64,000 nt of DNA from the human T2T-CHM13v2.0 reference genome, Homo sapiens, in the NCBI RefSeq assembly GCF_009914755.1, contig NC_060936.1; one strand, written 5' to 3'. The notes beneath the pieces are model-generated. The model was given only the letters and a program-made list of their open reading frames with translations. It did no database searches and was not told where the DNA came from. Positions 12,100 through 26,714 of the stretch are shown here, one piece after another. A program made the translations under genes and the position numbers. Position 1 is the stretch's first letter; each line of letters starts with the position of its first letter.

Positions 12100-13070
12100 T
12101 GAGGACTTTGCAAAGGAGTAGAAGGCAGATTACAATAGAATACCAGGACTTAAAGTAGCAGCAAACAGGTGATGAATTTACCTTTTCTTTTATTCTGTTA
12201 CTGCCTGCCCTGAAGACAACATTATTTGAAACCTGAAGATGGGTGTCTGCACTGACAGAGAGAGCTCCAGGTAAACCTTCTAATTCTAGCTCGAGTAAAG
12301 AGAAAGGGAATCTTTTAACACTCAAGAGACAATATGAAAACACCTCACTTTTTTTTTCTTCTATCTGTTCTTTCATGCCCCAACCCTTAAGCCATCCCAT
12401 AGCAGTGGTAATAGAGGCTGCAATGGGAACTCACAGAAGCTAATATTTTTTGGGAGGGAAATCTCCAATTGGTAGAGCTATGATACTAAGAGGGTAAGGT
12501 AAAAGTCGTTTTTTTCTTCCTCTTTCTACTCTCCTCTTGCTTGCTTGGCTGCAGAAGTGTGCAATTCCTGAAGTACATGGCATCACTGGGTAACTAAAGC
12601 CCCAAATGGAAATCCCTAGGGAAACAAAGTATCAGAGAGATGGCAAAGAGGGAGGAGCTCAAGAAAGGGACCCTATAAAGTTGTTTATGAACTTCTGGGC
12701 TCACTCTTGAGCTGCAAATGTATGGATCGATCCTAATCAGAATACCAAAGTTTCTAAGAACTGAACTAATGGTACATAGCTCACATACCAGATCACCTAT
12801 TGTGAGGTACACAGGCAGGACAGATCTGAAGAGTATTGAAAAGGCTTTGAAAAATGGAACCACAGCCCAAGAAATGAGGTTGGAACTTGTGGCCTGAACC
12901 TAATTAGACCGATTGCATGCTAAAACAAAAGTATCTACATTTTCCCATAGAATTTAAACAAGAACCAGAGTCTCACAATATAATATTCAAAAGATCAAAA
13001 ATACACCAAAATTATGTGGCATATGAAGAACCAGGAATATCTCAATTCACATGGGAAAAGAAAACATAAC
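12100..13070 (+). mobile_element. Old L1M 5'-region fragment
   Basis: agagtctcacaatataatattcaaaa...atatgaagaaccagga resembles old L1M 5' ends; boundaries approximate. Confidence 0.5.
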
Positions 13071-13165
13071 CCAAGCTTAAGACAACACACATTTATTATT
13101 TCAATTTCTAGGGGTCAACCAGTTTTTCATTACAATGGGTGGCACATTTCCACATAATAGCTTAC

Positions 13166-13321
13166 CTCATATACAATATATCATTTTCTAAGTCAAGATT
13201 TCTCTTTTTTAATTCTTCCAATTCTTTTTCTGACTCCAAAGCTCGTATTCCCAAAACCTGATCAACAGTCATGCCAGTTGTTTTTAGTTTCCTCTGCAAA
13301 GTAAGTTTCTCTTTATCGGCT
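13166..13321 (-). CDS. CEP290: CEP290 exon 43 (156 nt)
   Basis: ADKEKLTLQRK...DILYMR; cag|, |gtaagc. Confidence 0.97.
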
Positions 13322-13652
13322 CTGTGGAATTTAATATAGAATCATGAAATATACCATTCAGTGTTTGGCTTTTCAATTGCATACTCATTACCAAACCAAA
13401 TTACAATAATTGTAACACCCTATATTTGTCATAAGCTAATTTACAACGAGATCACAGGAAAATCCATCTATAATTGTTACAATATATTTAAAACAGATTT
13501 TAAAGAAAATAAAAAGTAAGTAAATCATAGATAATAAATGATCATTTAAACTAGACCATTTCTCATATTATCAACTATGATAAAGCTATATAATTTCCAG
13601 GTCACTAAAGGATTTTACACATAATTAGTTTTATAATGATATTTAAACTCAC

Positions 13653-13798
13653 TTGGCAAAAAGATCCTTCAAAGTATTCAACTGCTTTGTTAAAGTAAAG
13701 ACTTCCCCCTCTTTCTCTTTTAACTTGTTTCGAATTCCTTCTATTTTGGCTTGCCACTTTTTACCTTCTTCCCACCTAATTAATTCTTCTTTAGCATT
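13653..13798 (-). CDS. CEP290: CEP290 exon 42 (146 nt)
   Basis: NAKEELIRWEE...KDLFAK; cag|, |gtgagt. Confidence 0.97.
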
Positions 13799-13937
13799 CT
13801 GTAACAATAACGAAGGAGGTAGGAAAATTACCAGTGTTATTTTAAATTTTCTTTATGATTTATCAATTATAATTTGCCTAGAAAAATTGTAAACTAATAT
13901 TTCCTAGAGAATATGTAAATATGTTCATTTTGCTATA

Positions 13938-14282
13938 CAGGTTGAGTATCCCTTACGAAACGCTTGGAACCAGCCGTGTTTTAGAATTTGGATTTTTTTA
14001 AAAAATATTTTTGGAATATTTGCATATACATAATGAGATATCTTAGGGATGGGTCCCAAGTCCAAACACAAAATTCACTTATGTTTCACATACACCTTCT
14101 ACACATAGCTTGGAGGTAGTATTATACAATATTTTTTAATAATTTTGTACATGAAACAAAGTTTTGACTGTGACTCATCATATGAGGTCACATCAGAATT
14201 TTCCACTTGTGGCATCATATTGGTGCTCAAAAAATTTTGTATCTTGGAGCATTTCAGATTTTTGGATTAGATGTTCAACCTG
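13938..14282. mobile_element. Tigger4/MER46-type DNA transposon
   Basis: TIRs caggttga...tcaacctg flanked by TA duplication. Confidence 0.88.
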
Positions 14283-14554
14283 TATAACTCCTAGAATCTT
14301 TGGGCATGCCGAGCTATTAGGAAAACTGCTCTTTAGGCTAACTATGCTTTATTCTATCACAAGACAAATAAAATTCTGGGAGACAGTTCTGACTAATGCC
14401 AACACCCTTCAGGAGCCTTTAAATGAAGATTCTAATACAATCATGACTAGAGTAAGCTTCTAACAAGAATCCTCTGTACAAACGACCAACCTCATCTATT
14501 ATCCCATGACAATTTCCTAGCATCAGAGCCCCTTCAAGTCTTCAATGCACATTA

Positions 14555-14900
14555 CTTCACTCATTTGACAGGTACTTATTTAGTGCTAACCATGTGCCAA
14601 GTACTACTCTAGAGGCAATAGGAATAGAACAAATGAATAAAATCAGATAAAAAAGTGTATCTTCATGAATCTTACTATCTAGTTTATACTAGTTGGTTAG
14701 ATAGATTGGGGAGAAGGGAGCAAACGATACAGATAACAAAACAAGAAATAAATCTAAATCTATTTTGTAGTAAGTTAGCTAGTTTTAAGTGCTAAAAAGA
14801 AAAAAGAAAAAGAAACGGAAGGGAATTAGGGCATTTCAGGGGTAGGTGTCATGGTTTATTATAACTATGATAAAGGAGCCAAAGAAAGCCTATCCAATGC
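14555..14900 (-). mobile_element. L2 fragment
   Basis: tcactcatttgac...catgtgccaagtact. Confidence 0.55.
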
Positions 14901-15511
14901 AGAATAGTCTCATGCACTGAACAACTTTCAAATGTTCTACTGGATATTAATACAGTAAAAAATTCTGCTTACACTGGTCTGAGCTAAGAATTTATCTCCA
15001 ACTAACATATTCACACTAAGTAATTTTTTAATGGTTTTACTATACACTAAGTTTTCTAGGAATACAACAGTCTTATAAAAGGTAAGATTATAGACATTGT
15101 TTTGCTGAGAACTGCACCAACAATTTGTTTACCATTTTGGAAATCAAATTACAAATGGCAATACCATCATGACCCATCAGTTGCCAATAGAACACATTTG
15201 TGTCAGTCTGCAATCGTAGCTTTGAACTCACATTAATGAAGGTGCAAGCACATGACTAGTTCATTATATTTTCCAATGGAGTCATGCCAAAGCATTTACA
15301 TGTTGAAATATGAATATTCCTTTTATGTTCCCCCTATATATTTCATTTAGGACATTCATAATGACATTTTTGAAATTATGTAAGTAGGTAGAGTTTATGT
15401 TAACTATGCATTTCAATTATAATAGTAAAGGGGAAATTATGAAACATTATATTTTTTATTAAAGGGAATGTTGAATCTGAAAGGGTTGAGAACCATGGTT
15501 TAAAGTCAAAT

Positions 15512-15642
15512 TCCTGGGGAGATGGCTCATGCTTATAATCTCAGCACTTTGGGAGGCCGAGGCAGGAAGATTGTTTGAGCCCAGAGTTCAAAGACCAGCC
15601 AGGGCAACATAGTAAGACGTCATCTCAAAAAATTAAAAAAAT
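15512..15642 (+). mobile_element. FLAM / Alu monomer
   Basis: Single Alu arm ending in A-rich tail. Confidence 0.85.
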
Positions 15643-15804
15643 ATGAAATAAAGCCAAATTCTCACTAAGATTAGTTGTCCTATCAAAACGACTTTCTCGA
15701 ATACTAGAGAACTATATTCTCCAATTCTTGTCTCTAATACTAGTCAATTTTTTACCTTATTTAATTCAGCTAATAAGTGCCCTTTAAAAAATGTAAAAAC
15801 TTCA

Positions 15805-16096
<292 letters not shown>

Positions 16097-16362
16097 GTAA
16101 AAACTTCACTAAGTGGTTGATAGTTATTAATTTCATTTTTTCTGAAATATGTACAAGAATTTTTCTGTACTCCCAGAAATGTAAATACTAGTGGGGGACA
16201 TAAGGTATGTCATTAAATAATCCTGCAGCACACAGTACTTTGTTGGGTTTGGGCAATTTTATCCCACCTGGCATTACTTGCTAAATTAAGATTAAGGGAA
16301 CCAAGACTGAAAGAACAATTGAAAAACAGAAAAACAACAAACGTGAATGGTACCATGGGTAT

Positions 16363-17150
16363 TGTGGTGTTATTACATATAGGCTTTTTTCCATGGTTCC
16401 TGGCTTATAACTCTCATAGCCCTTGTCCTCATCTTTAGTTATAATATTGAGTGTGTTAGGCCTTCCGAGCACACCTCAGAAAAGAGTCTCTCTGACCTTC
16501 TCCCATCCTCCTTTCACCTGCCCTAAGGCAGGACTGTAATCTTCCCCTGCCTTTCTGACTGTGGGTCTTAAAACCCTAATACAAGGGGGTCCTGCCCCAT
16601 ACCCTAGGAGAAGAAATACTGATGTCATGAAGCTTCCCTAAAAACCAAGAGGACTGGGTTCAGAGAGGTTCTGGAGAACTGAACATGTGGAGGTTTCTAG
16701 AGGAAGGTGGCACCCCAGAAAGGCATGGAAGGTCCACACCCCTTCCCCCATATCTCTTCTTACACATCTCTTAACCTGTATCCTTTGTAATAACCTTTAT
16801 TATAAACTGGTAAATGTAAGTAAATGTTTCCCTGAGTTCTGTGAGCCACTCCAGGAAATTAATCAAACCCAAAGCTGGGGGCTGGGGATGTGGGAACTTC
16901 GGAAGTCACGGAGGCCTGGACTTGTGATTTGATCGAAGTAAGATATCTGTGGGATCTGACACTATCTCCAGGTAGATGATGAATTGAATTGGACGACACC
17001 CAGTTGGTGTCTGCTACAAAACCAACTGCTTGCTTGCTGATGTGGAGAAATCCCCACATATTCTGGGGGTCACAGAAGTCTTTTGCATTGATTGTTGTTA
17101 TGGTTTGAGGGCAAGATAAACATATGGTTTGAGAACTTTTTCCAAAACAG
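16363..17150. mobile_element. MER21-like ERV LTR
   Basis: ggttcctggcttataactc...ccctgagttctgtgagcc...gacacccagttggtgtc. Confidence 0.75.
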
Positions 17151-17284
17151 GTATGTTCTAGACTGAATGAGAAGAGGGAAGAAGACTGGATGATAAGGCA
17201 GTAGTTCTCTTTTCATGTTTTCTGTACCAAAAGCTTCGTATGCATAGATTTCAGAATAATATTATTATAACATTTAAAAATTTA

Positions 17285-17480
17285 TATTCATTCAACAAAT
17301 ACTGAGCATCTACTATGTGCCAGCGATTGTTCTAGGTGCTGGGAATACAATAATAAATAAAATAGGCAAAGTTCCTGCCATCAAAGTTTATGGTCTAATA
17401 AAAAAAGAAAAAAAAAAGATGAACAAAAGACAAGTACATGTCTAGTATGTTAAGATAGTAATAAATGCTAAGGAGAATGA
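17285..17480 (-). mobile_element. L2 3' end
   Basis: attcattcaacaaatactgagcatctactatgtgccag. Confidence 0.7.
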
Positions 17481-17906
17481 AATGCAAGGCACAGGGGTGG
17501 GTTTTGTTACATAGGTAGACTACAAATTCTGTTTACAGAGAAAAGGGTACTAAAATTTCCAAACAATATGAAAGCATTTCTTGAGTATAAATTAGAAATG
17601 CCCAAGCAATGAACCTGAAAAAATATTCTCACTAGATTCCTGAATGCCAATTTTAATACTGGGCATAGACCCCTGTTTTCTCTTTCTAGTTAGTAGTAAT
17701 ATCTTATACTGCTATGGATGTGATGGCTTACAAAAGACTTCCGCATATCATATCATTTTATGTAAAATAATCCTGAGAAACTGGCAATACAGATAGTATT
17801 ATTCCCACTTTAAGGAGGAATAAACTGAATAAATAAACTAAATAAACTGTAGCATAGAAGAGTCCAGGCAAAGCCACAAGGCTCTTAAAACATTCTGATA
17901 GGAATC

Positions 17907-17965
17907 AGGTTAGAAACTGGTATAGAAACACACCAGTTAGGAACAAACATACCAGTTTCTAACCT
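17907..17965. repeat. Perfect 17-bp inverted repeat, 25-nt spacer
   Basis: aggttagaaactggtat ... ataccagtttctaacct. Confidence 0.95.
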
Positions 17966-19085
17966 ATCCCCATTTAGGGATAAGATCAGGCCTATCCCCA
18001 ATTAGGGAGTTAGAAAGATGGAAATCCAAAAGATTAAGGACACTTTGATCTTACAGTTTTCACCAGCAAAGCTTCTGACAGCAAGCATGTTGTGACTCCA
18101 AGCAAATAGTGTCAATAAATTACACTGACATTAATGAATTTTCATAGAAAATAATTTTGGGAGCATACTCTATTAAGAAATTTGAATTCCATTACCTATT
18201 TTCTATTCAATGCCTTTAAAGACAGAATTTTCTTTTCCATTTTCATGTGATTGAAATTATTTTATAGACATTAAATATTTTCTGGGTAAATTTTATAATA
18301 AAAATTTTCCTAACCATAGCTCCTCCATACTGATTTTCTTCAATGGCAAATATTACTGCTAACATCAACATTTCCCAGTTCACTTTCGATATTTTGAATG
18401 TTACCAACAAGTTATCTCCAATTTATTGTCCATAACAAATTTAATTACACGCATTTTAGCCAATTTTAGTTTTTTTTGGGGTTGATTATTTCAATCAGTA
18501 ATTTTTATTACAAAACAGTTTACTATGAACTATAAAATTTTAAGCAATTTCTCCCACAGAATTAATCTATGAGCAGATTGGTTACTGATTATTACTGCAA
18601 ATACTGAAGATATTCCAAATAACTTTGCTATCTGAAATAACAGCCTAGTCTCCTGAAGGATTAAAAAGGACCTATTTGGGTCAAAGTGGGGTATCTTAAA
18701 ATGTCTATCTTTCTGTCCCAAAAGTCAAAAGCACCAACCTGTGTAAATGATTACTTTGGAGAGAAATGATACACAGTTGAATATGTTAAGGTGTGAAGGA
18801 ACTTCAGAGGTACTCTAATGTCAGAAAGATGAATGAAATTGATGTAGTAATTTCCAAATAAGAGTTACATTATAGGTATCTCCTCAAGTAGACTCTAAAT
18901 TCCTACAGAACAGAAACTTAGACTTTTCTACGTTATTCAATACTGCTTATAGTCCTCAAAATTAATACAGAATTAATACAGCCAGGTCATCAAATTAAGG
19001 CAGTATATTAACTGTTAATCAGCTATGTATTTAACTTACTCTGTCACTACCTTAAGCATATAAGTCAGTATGTTTCTTCACATAC

Positions 19086-19208
19086 CTTTTCTTTCATAGG
19101 TTTTAGGTCTACTTCCTCCACCTTTCCCTCTAATTGGTTCTCTAGTTTTTTAACTTTCCTTTGGAGTTCTTCAATTAGACTTTGTTTATTATCTGTCAGG
19201 GGTTTGCC
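19086..19208 (-). CDS. CEP290: CEP290 exon 41 (123 nt)
   Basis: GKPLTDNKQSL...KPMKEK; tag|, |gtatgt. Confidence 0.97.
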
Positions 19209-19560
19209 CTAAAAAATAAAATGTAACTTTATATTTTTACAAATAAATGTAAAACAAAATAGACAGTAAATATTTCAATTATATAATAGCAACTTTCTGA
19301 AGCTATCACTGACCATACTTTCTAAATGACACTTAATACATAAGATAATCTGGTAGCTGCTTCTGCATTTTAATACAACATACTAATATGCTACTCTAGA
19401 ACTATAAACACAATAGAAGTCACAAAAGAAATTAATTACATTAATCAAAGTGATTTGAAAGTCAGTTTTAACAAATACCATAGATAAAATGATAAAGTAG
19501 AAATAAACTACTACCTCTATATTGTAAATCAGACATTATCAGAGTTAAATATAAAATTAC

Positions 19561-19782
19561 CTGTAATCCACTGGTTAGTCTTTTAATTTGCCTTTTCAGT
19601 TCATCATTCTCTTGATCAATTTCCTCTTTCTCTCTAAGTATTTTATTATAGGCTTTTTGTTTCTTTTGCAGTTCATTATTTAAGTCATTCAAATTATCAG
19701 TTAGTGAGTTTTCTCTGTTTTTACTTGTTTTAAGTGCTTCTTTCAATTTTAAAAGATTTTCATTTAAATCTTCAACTTGTGT
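19561..19782 (-). CDS. CEP290: CEP290 exon 40 (222 nt)
   Basis: TQVEDLNENLL...LTSGLQ; tag|, |gtaatt. Confidence 0.97.
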
Positions 19783-20289
19783 CTAATAAGAGAAAAAGAA
19801 AGGTATTATTCATGACTCTTCAAGAAGTATCAATGATAAAAGGAACATAAAACAGAAAATATACCATTATAAGAAAAATTCAGTCTGAATTTTTAAGTAC
19901 ACAAGAGAAAAAAAATAACCACAAACTACATATATTTTTCCATATTCATGTCAAGTCTACCTTGAGGAAAAAAGTCGACTTTGAGAAAAAAAAAAAAAAC
20001 TAGTGTAAAGCAATTCATCTTCAACAAACACCCACAAACAAAATTTTATCAAATATGCACGTTTCATTTTGGCTGAATTAATTAAACAAACAAGTATATA
20101 ACAATATATATGACAACGTTTTAAACACTATGAAGCATAAGAGTAGTACAGAACAAATCTCTGACTTGAAGTAATTTCTAACCTAGTTTACAAAGATAAG
20201 ATATAAAAGGGTAACTTACAATACTAGACAATATGTATGCCACTAGAAAGGAGTTCCTAGCTGTCCTATGGTGAGAATGATGGGGACAC

Positions 20290-20685
20290 ACTGTATGTTT
20301 CCATCTATAACATATTCTGGAAAAGGTGAAACTATGGAGACAGTAAAAAGATCACTGGTTGCCAGGGGTTTGGTGAGGTGCAGAGGAAGGAATGAAGAAG
20401 AGAGGCACAGAAGATTTTTAGGGCAGTGAAAATACCCTGTATAATACTATAATGATGGATACATATCATTATACATTTGTCTAAACACACAGAGTGTAAA
20501 ATACCAAGAGCTAAAATAGAGGTAAACTTGGACTTTGGGTGATTATGATGTATCAATATAGGTTCATCAATTTTAACAAATGTACCACTTTCAGGGTAGG
20601 AGATATACAGGAAATCTCTGTACCTTCCTCTCAATTTTGCTGTGAACCTAAAATTGCTCTAAAAAAATAATAAAGTCTTAAAAAA
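20290..20685 (+). mobile_element. L1MC-type 3' end
   Basis: ttctggaaaaggtgaaactatggagacagtaaaaagatc...gctgtgaacctaaaattgctctaaaaaa. Confidence 0.85.
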
Positions 20686-20955
20686 AATCCTAAGTAAAAT
20701 ATTTCTTAAATTTAATTTCATTAGAAACAGTAGTTCATAATGGCCTATCCTTTCCTAATCCCCAAGATGATAATCAGTAAATGAGTATCATAAAGAGACT
20801 TATTGTTGAAAAATGCATGTGTGTGTCTATGTCTAGCCACCAACAGTGCATTATAAATTCCCTATTCATCAACAAAATTACTATATATCATAGTGAATTC
20901 TCTTCCAATAGGAATTATCAGAAATTTTGTTACATTAACACGTGTTGATGTTCAC

Positions 20956-21093
20956 CTTTAGCTCTCTAGTATGTCGATCAACGATTTGTTGAACATTGAG
21001 ATGGGCCTCTTTTTGAGAAGTTGCAGAAATAATACGTTCTTCAGCAGCTGCTGTCATTTCTGCCCGGAGTTCTAAAAGTGCCCGACTAAGTGC
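20956..21093 (-). CDS. CEP290: CEP290 exon 39 (138 nt)
   Basis: ALSRALLELRA...HTRELK; tag|, |gtgaac. Confidence 0.97.
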
Positions 21094-22045
21094 CTAAAAA
21101 TTAACCAAAAAAAAAATGTAATTTTTAAAGGAAAATTGACATTTTATATGAATATATGATATAAAAAATAAACAAGCTTTATTACTTCCTACTATTTTTC
21201 TAAAATATTATGAGTTTAATGGAACATATTTCACAAATTAACAACTCAACTTTTTCAAATAAATCTTTTGTAATTACACTCAATTCTTTCCACATTGAAT
21301 GTGAAAGTTCAAAATCTTAATAATGATTTTGAGAACTCAGCATTAAATCAAGCTATTACAAAAAACAGGTATGTTTTGTTTTCAAACATCCAATTTTAGA
21401 TATTTATATTACTCACTTACTACATCCTTCCATATGAAATTAATTGAATTTAGGTAGACAACAAAAGGACTAGGAAAGGCTTAAAGTTTACCCATAAATT
21501 TCATAGCTAGCACAGAAAAACACCAGCATCTTCTAAAACAATTTAAATAGATCAAATCTGAGATAAACTAAAAAAAACCCTAATAAATCAGAATACACTG
21601 ACCAACTCCTTCTCACAAAAACATCTCTATGACCCCCTTTTTTCATCCCTTTTTGTCATTATCATACTTCCCTCAATCCCTCAAATTGTTCAAAATTGTT
21701 CATTTGTTAAAAATAGCCTCAGTAGCATAAAATTCCAGTAGAAAAAAAGAAAATACAATGTAATATATATTATATTTTTGTAATGTACATTAAGATTTTT
21801 CCTAACTTCATATAGATAATTCACAAATCAGATTGACGAAAACATAAAAAGATAAATTGGACTATATCTGCCCACAAAAACAGCATTGTCTAAAATACCT
21901 TGTTTAACAGCGTAAGATAAAGCTCATACTTTTTATTACAACACGGAGATTTATACTACCATCTTTTATAAATTTACAAATCTTCTCTAAAAGCAATCTA
22001 CCACATATTTTTCCTAAATGTTGATAATTTTCTGTTGTTACTTAC

Positions 22046-22259
22046 TTTCTGTTGTTTCTCCTTCAAGGCTAATTGGCTCTTTAGCCGTTCTACTAGATTT
22101 CTCATTGTAGTTGTTGGAGCTCTTGAATTTGCTTCTTTTTGAGCCTGAAGTTCAGATTTTAAACACTGTGACTCCTTTTGTGACTGGTCCAGAAGATACT
22201 TTAAATCCTCTACTTCCGCTTTTACTTTTTTCACTTCATCTTCATGGTTTTCTTGAAGC
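22046..22259 (-). CDS. CEP290: CEP290 exon 38 (214 nt)
   Basis: LQENHEDEVKK...KEKQQK; cag|, |gtaagt. Confidence 0.97.
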
Positions 22260-22289
22260 CTGATGTAAATAAACATATGTGTGTGTGTG

Positions 22290-22592
22290 TTTTTTAATTT
22301 TTAATTTTTTTGAGACCCAGTCTCACTCTGTCACCCAGGCTGGAGTGCAGCAGCGCAATCTCGGCTGACTGCAACCTCTGCCTCCCAGATTCAAGTGATT
22401 TTTTTGCCTCAACTTCCTGAGTAGCTGGGACTACGGGCGTGCACCATCAGGCCCAGCTAATTTTTGTATTTTTAGTAGAGATGGGGTTTCACCATGTTGG
22501 CCAGGCCAGTTTGAACGCATGACCTCAGGTGATAAGCCCGCTTTGGCATCCCAAATTGCTGGGATTACAGGTGTGAGCCACCACACCTGGCC
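22290..22592 (-). mobile_element. AluS
   Basis: Full Alu; TSD aaacatatgt; ~30 nt upstream of exon 38 acceptor. Confidence 0.95.
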
Positions 22593-22908
22593 AAACATAT
22601 GTAATTAATAGAGTGGTTGCTGCAATTCATACCTTGATTAATACAAATTTCATATAGAGCAAATGTTCAGTCCTAAGTATCCTTACAATCTAAATCTTGA
22701 TGCAGGCATCCAAATCCAAAGAAGAATAATTCTTTATTTCATTTAACTACTCTTAAACTTAACAACACATTTTTCTTCTAGTTTCTAATATTTTTGGCAA
22801 CAATCTTATCAAGTTATTTTGTGACTCTAGTCAAATATACAGAGAATGAACAAAAAGGCATTTTAAATATTATGGCTCTTGTAAAATGTGATTGCTTCCT
22901 CTATATGA

Positions 22909-23133
22909 TAGTTTCCTAACCATACTACTAGTAACATTTTTGACTGGATAATTCTTTGTTGGTGGTGGGGCTGCCTTGTGCATGATAGGATGTTTAGCAG
23001 CATCTTTTGATTCTACCCACTGGATACCAGTAGCACCCCCGAGCCATGACAATCAAAAATGTCTCCAGACATCGCCAAATGTCCCCAAGAGGGACAATGG
23101 TGAAAAACTGATCCTCTATATTTGAGAAATACT
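22909..23133. mobile_element. MER20 hAT DNA transposon
   Basis: ggataattctttgttg...aggatgtttagcagcatc...aaaaatgtctccagacat. Confidence 0.85.
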
Positions 23134-24264
23134 GCCCTATATTGACATATTGAAAAGACTAATATAAATTTTCACAGAAATCACATGTATTATTAATTTG
23201 TTTATGGTTCAAATTCACTAGCATTATATCTATAACTATATATATGGAAGTGGATACTATCAAAAGATTTAGTTAATTCAATTAATCTTATTGCTTATTC
23301 AGCATTAAGTCTGTTAAACTGAATTAATATATTGTTGTGCATATGGACACTGCATCCATACTGAGATTCTGACCAATAAGAGGGAGATAGTGTTAAGACA
23401 TGAACAAATGTTACTCTTTGAGGCTTCTTGCTTTTGGCAAAACTTAAGTCTAACTTTAAAGAGTCATCATCAAATTGTGAAAATATCAGGATTTACTTAA
23501 GAAATCACACAGATCCATAATCTCCTAATACATATCAAAATATGCACACAGAGAACACAAGTATAATTTTGGACTAAAATGACGTAAGGTACACAACAAT
23601 AACTTCAAGTATTTCCTGTGGCAAAAAAATGTATTATATAAGGTATTTCAAAAGATTATGATTTTCTACACCCACAAATTAGATGCAAAAGCACAAGTAA
23701 TTTTATACTCCAAAACATGACAGAAATTTACTAGACCAAAAATAACATCTCTTGTACAAAATTTAATAGAGTGAGGAAAAGAGACTGAAAATACACATAT
23801 GCTGTTGCCAATTTTCTTTCTTTTAGAGAGTAATTTCTTAACAGTGGCAGCTCCTTAGCAAAGCAAAAATAGTGTTAATTCTGTCAGAGGCATTTGAATA
23901 AGTGAGTAAAGAATCAAAGACTCTAGCAGGGGCTTGAGAGCTGAAATGGAATTATAAGTCAAGCAGTTCAATTTTCTCATGTTTTTTCAGATAATAAAAT
24001 TTAGGCCCATAGAGATAATATTATAATGATTAGAAACTACCTAACTATAAACCTATTTTGAGTTTAAAATCTACGTTCTGATAAAGTGGTTGAACAATGT
24101 TTAGAATCTCTATTATATGACAGACACTCTTATAAGTGTGTAATCAAAAGTTTTCTATCTGTATGTTATTTTACAGTTTTCAAATTACTTTCATACACGG
24201 TATAATTTGACCTTCATATAACCACCCTGAAAGGGCCAGGGTAAGTATTATTATTTCCATTTTA

Positions 24265-24727
<463 letters not shown>

Positions 24728-24894
24728 TTAAAATGGGGAAAATGATAACATATGTAACCAGCAGTCCTGAGGATAAAAATGAGACAATATACTTAAAAGT
24801 CTTAGAACAGTGCCTGGCATAGCAAACACTTATGTTTATCTTCATTATATCACTTATCATTTGCCTATTTTTACAATACATTTCGAAGACTTAC

Positions 24895-25094
24895 TGTAAT
24901 TTGATATTTTCAAATTCTTTTACTTTTAATTCAGTGATTTCTCTTTGTCTCTCCAAATCTTGTGATACTTTCTTTAGTTTGACCAAGAGTGAGGAAAGAG
25001 AGTCATCTTGTTCTGCTACTGTCTGTTCCATCTCAGCCAGACGAATAAAATGCTTGTTGGTAGGAACTGGAGTGGGAGACTGTTTCATTAAATC
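24895..25094 (-). CDS. CEP290: CEP290 exon 37 (200 nt)
   Basis: DLMKQSPTPVP...ENIKLQ; tag|, |gtaagt. Confidence 0.97.
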
Positions 25095-25710
25095 CTATAA
25101 AATATGAATATATTAGCAATAGGCATGTATAATTCAATGCCATACTTATTCCATATTTTTAATTTGGTTCCTCAAATGATCAAAATATAATATCTAATCT
25201 AAAATGTAATGATTTAATAGGCAATGAAGGCTTAAAGAAGACAGGAAATGCAGACTTTATTATTTGTATTTACAATAGCTAGCAAAATGTCTGCACGTAG
25301 CAGGAGATCAATAAGTGTTGACCGAATTAACGAGGTAATGCTCAAATATGCTAAGGTTACACATTAAAAGATGAAAGACATGTCATTTCATACATATGGA
25401 ACAGAATGGTCAAAAGAGGCAAATATGAGCTGAATTCTGGAAGTTAGATATAGCTAAACTCACAGTGAGTAGAATTTGAAAAGAAAGGCAGGTAGGTTCA
25501 TAGCAGATTGAGTACATGGCTAAGAATTATAAATATAATTTTGTGAACAGCGGTGAGCTACAGGAGGAAGAATGATCAGAGCTATGTTTTCAGAAGATTA
25601 TTTTGGCAACAAAAAGGGTAACTTCCATTCCAAAAAAGAAGAGAGCTGAATTTTAATTTACATGGTCACAAAAATCAATAAAGAATGGAACAAAGTTCTT
25701 AGAATCTTAC

Positions 25711-25818
25711 CCAAGCCGTTTGTTTGAATTTATTTAGTGAACTATCAGCCTGTAGTTCTAATCTGTGATGAAGAATATGAAGGTCTTCCTCATGTTTCTT
25801 CACAATTTCTCTTTGCTC
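25711..25818 (-). CDS. CEP290: CEP290 exon 36 (108 nt)
   Basis: EQREIVKKHEE...FKQTAW; cag|, |gtaaga. Confidence 0.97.
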
Positions 25819-26447
25819 CTGTTTTACAGAAAATCGAAACTATATCTTAAATTGTGATTAAAACAAATTCACATTTTGAAGACCTTATATATTTTCTCTT
25901 CAATCTTCTAAAATTCCTTTGAGATGAGGAAGAAACAGTATCTCCATATATGTATGTATCTAGACTGGTATGCATGTCCCCTCAGACAATGTTCAAGTTG
26001 ACAAGCCCAGCCTCAGTTCATAATTTATTCTTAACATTAGAATGACATGTATCTATCATCTTTTAACTTACTTCTAGAAAAAATTAAATGTTAGCTTTCC
26101 CCCACGAAGTTCTAACAAATCTGATTTCTACTGATTACCGGTGTGATATATTTCATTCCACCCTATTGTCTCAATCCTCACCTATAACTCAATTAAAATA
26201 TTTTTCAAAATCATATGATTTCACCATGATAGCTACTCGTGGTTTAGTCAGTGTATAATAGAAAGATACATGTACACAAACTTCCAGTTTTACTGACAGA
26301 GGTGTAATCCAATCACATGCAAGTAACAATTCTTAAATAGAATCATTTGAAAGCAAGAAAAGAAATACCACTTTAGGGTAAAATAATATTTAGCATTTGC
26401 TTAAAAAACTAATGGATAACAGCATAACTCATAATATAATAAAATAC

Positions 26448-26714
26448 CTCTCTGGCTTTTTCTAGAAGACGTTGATACTTCTTTAATACTTCTTCTTTTT
26501 GATTTAACCTTGCTTGCATGTTTGCAATGGTTTGATGAGCAATTTTCAATGTGTGGTGAGATTTTGGTTCCATCTCTTTTCTGCCTAGCTCAGCTATGAG
26601 CTTTTCTCTTTCTGCAGTGGCAGGCAATCGAAGCCTCAGTTCATTGATTACTTTGTCTCTTGACAGTATATTTTGTTCTGCTAACCTTAAAGCAGATTCT
26701 TTCTCTTTTAGTTT
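26448..26714 (-). CDS. CEP290: CEP290 exon 35 (267 nt)
   Basis: KLKEKESALRL...LEKARE; cag|, |gtattt. Confidence 0.97.
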
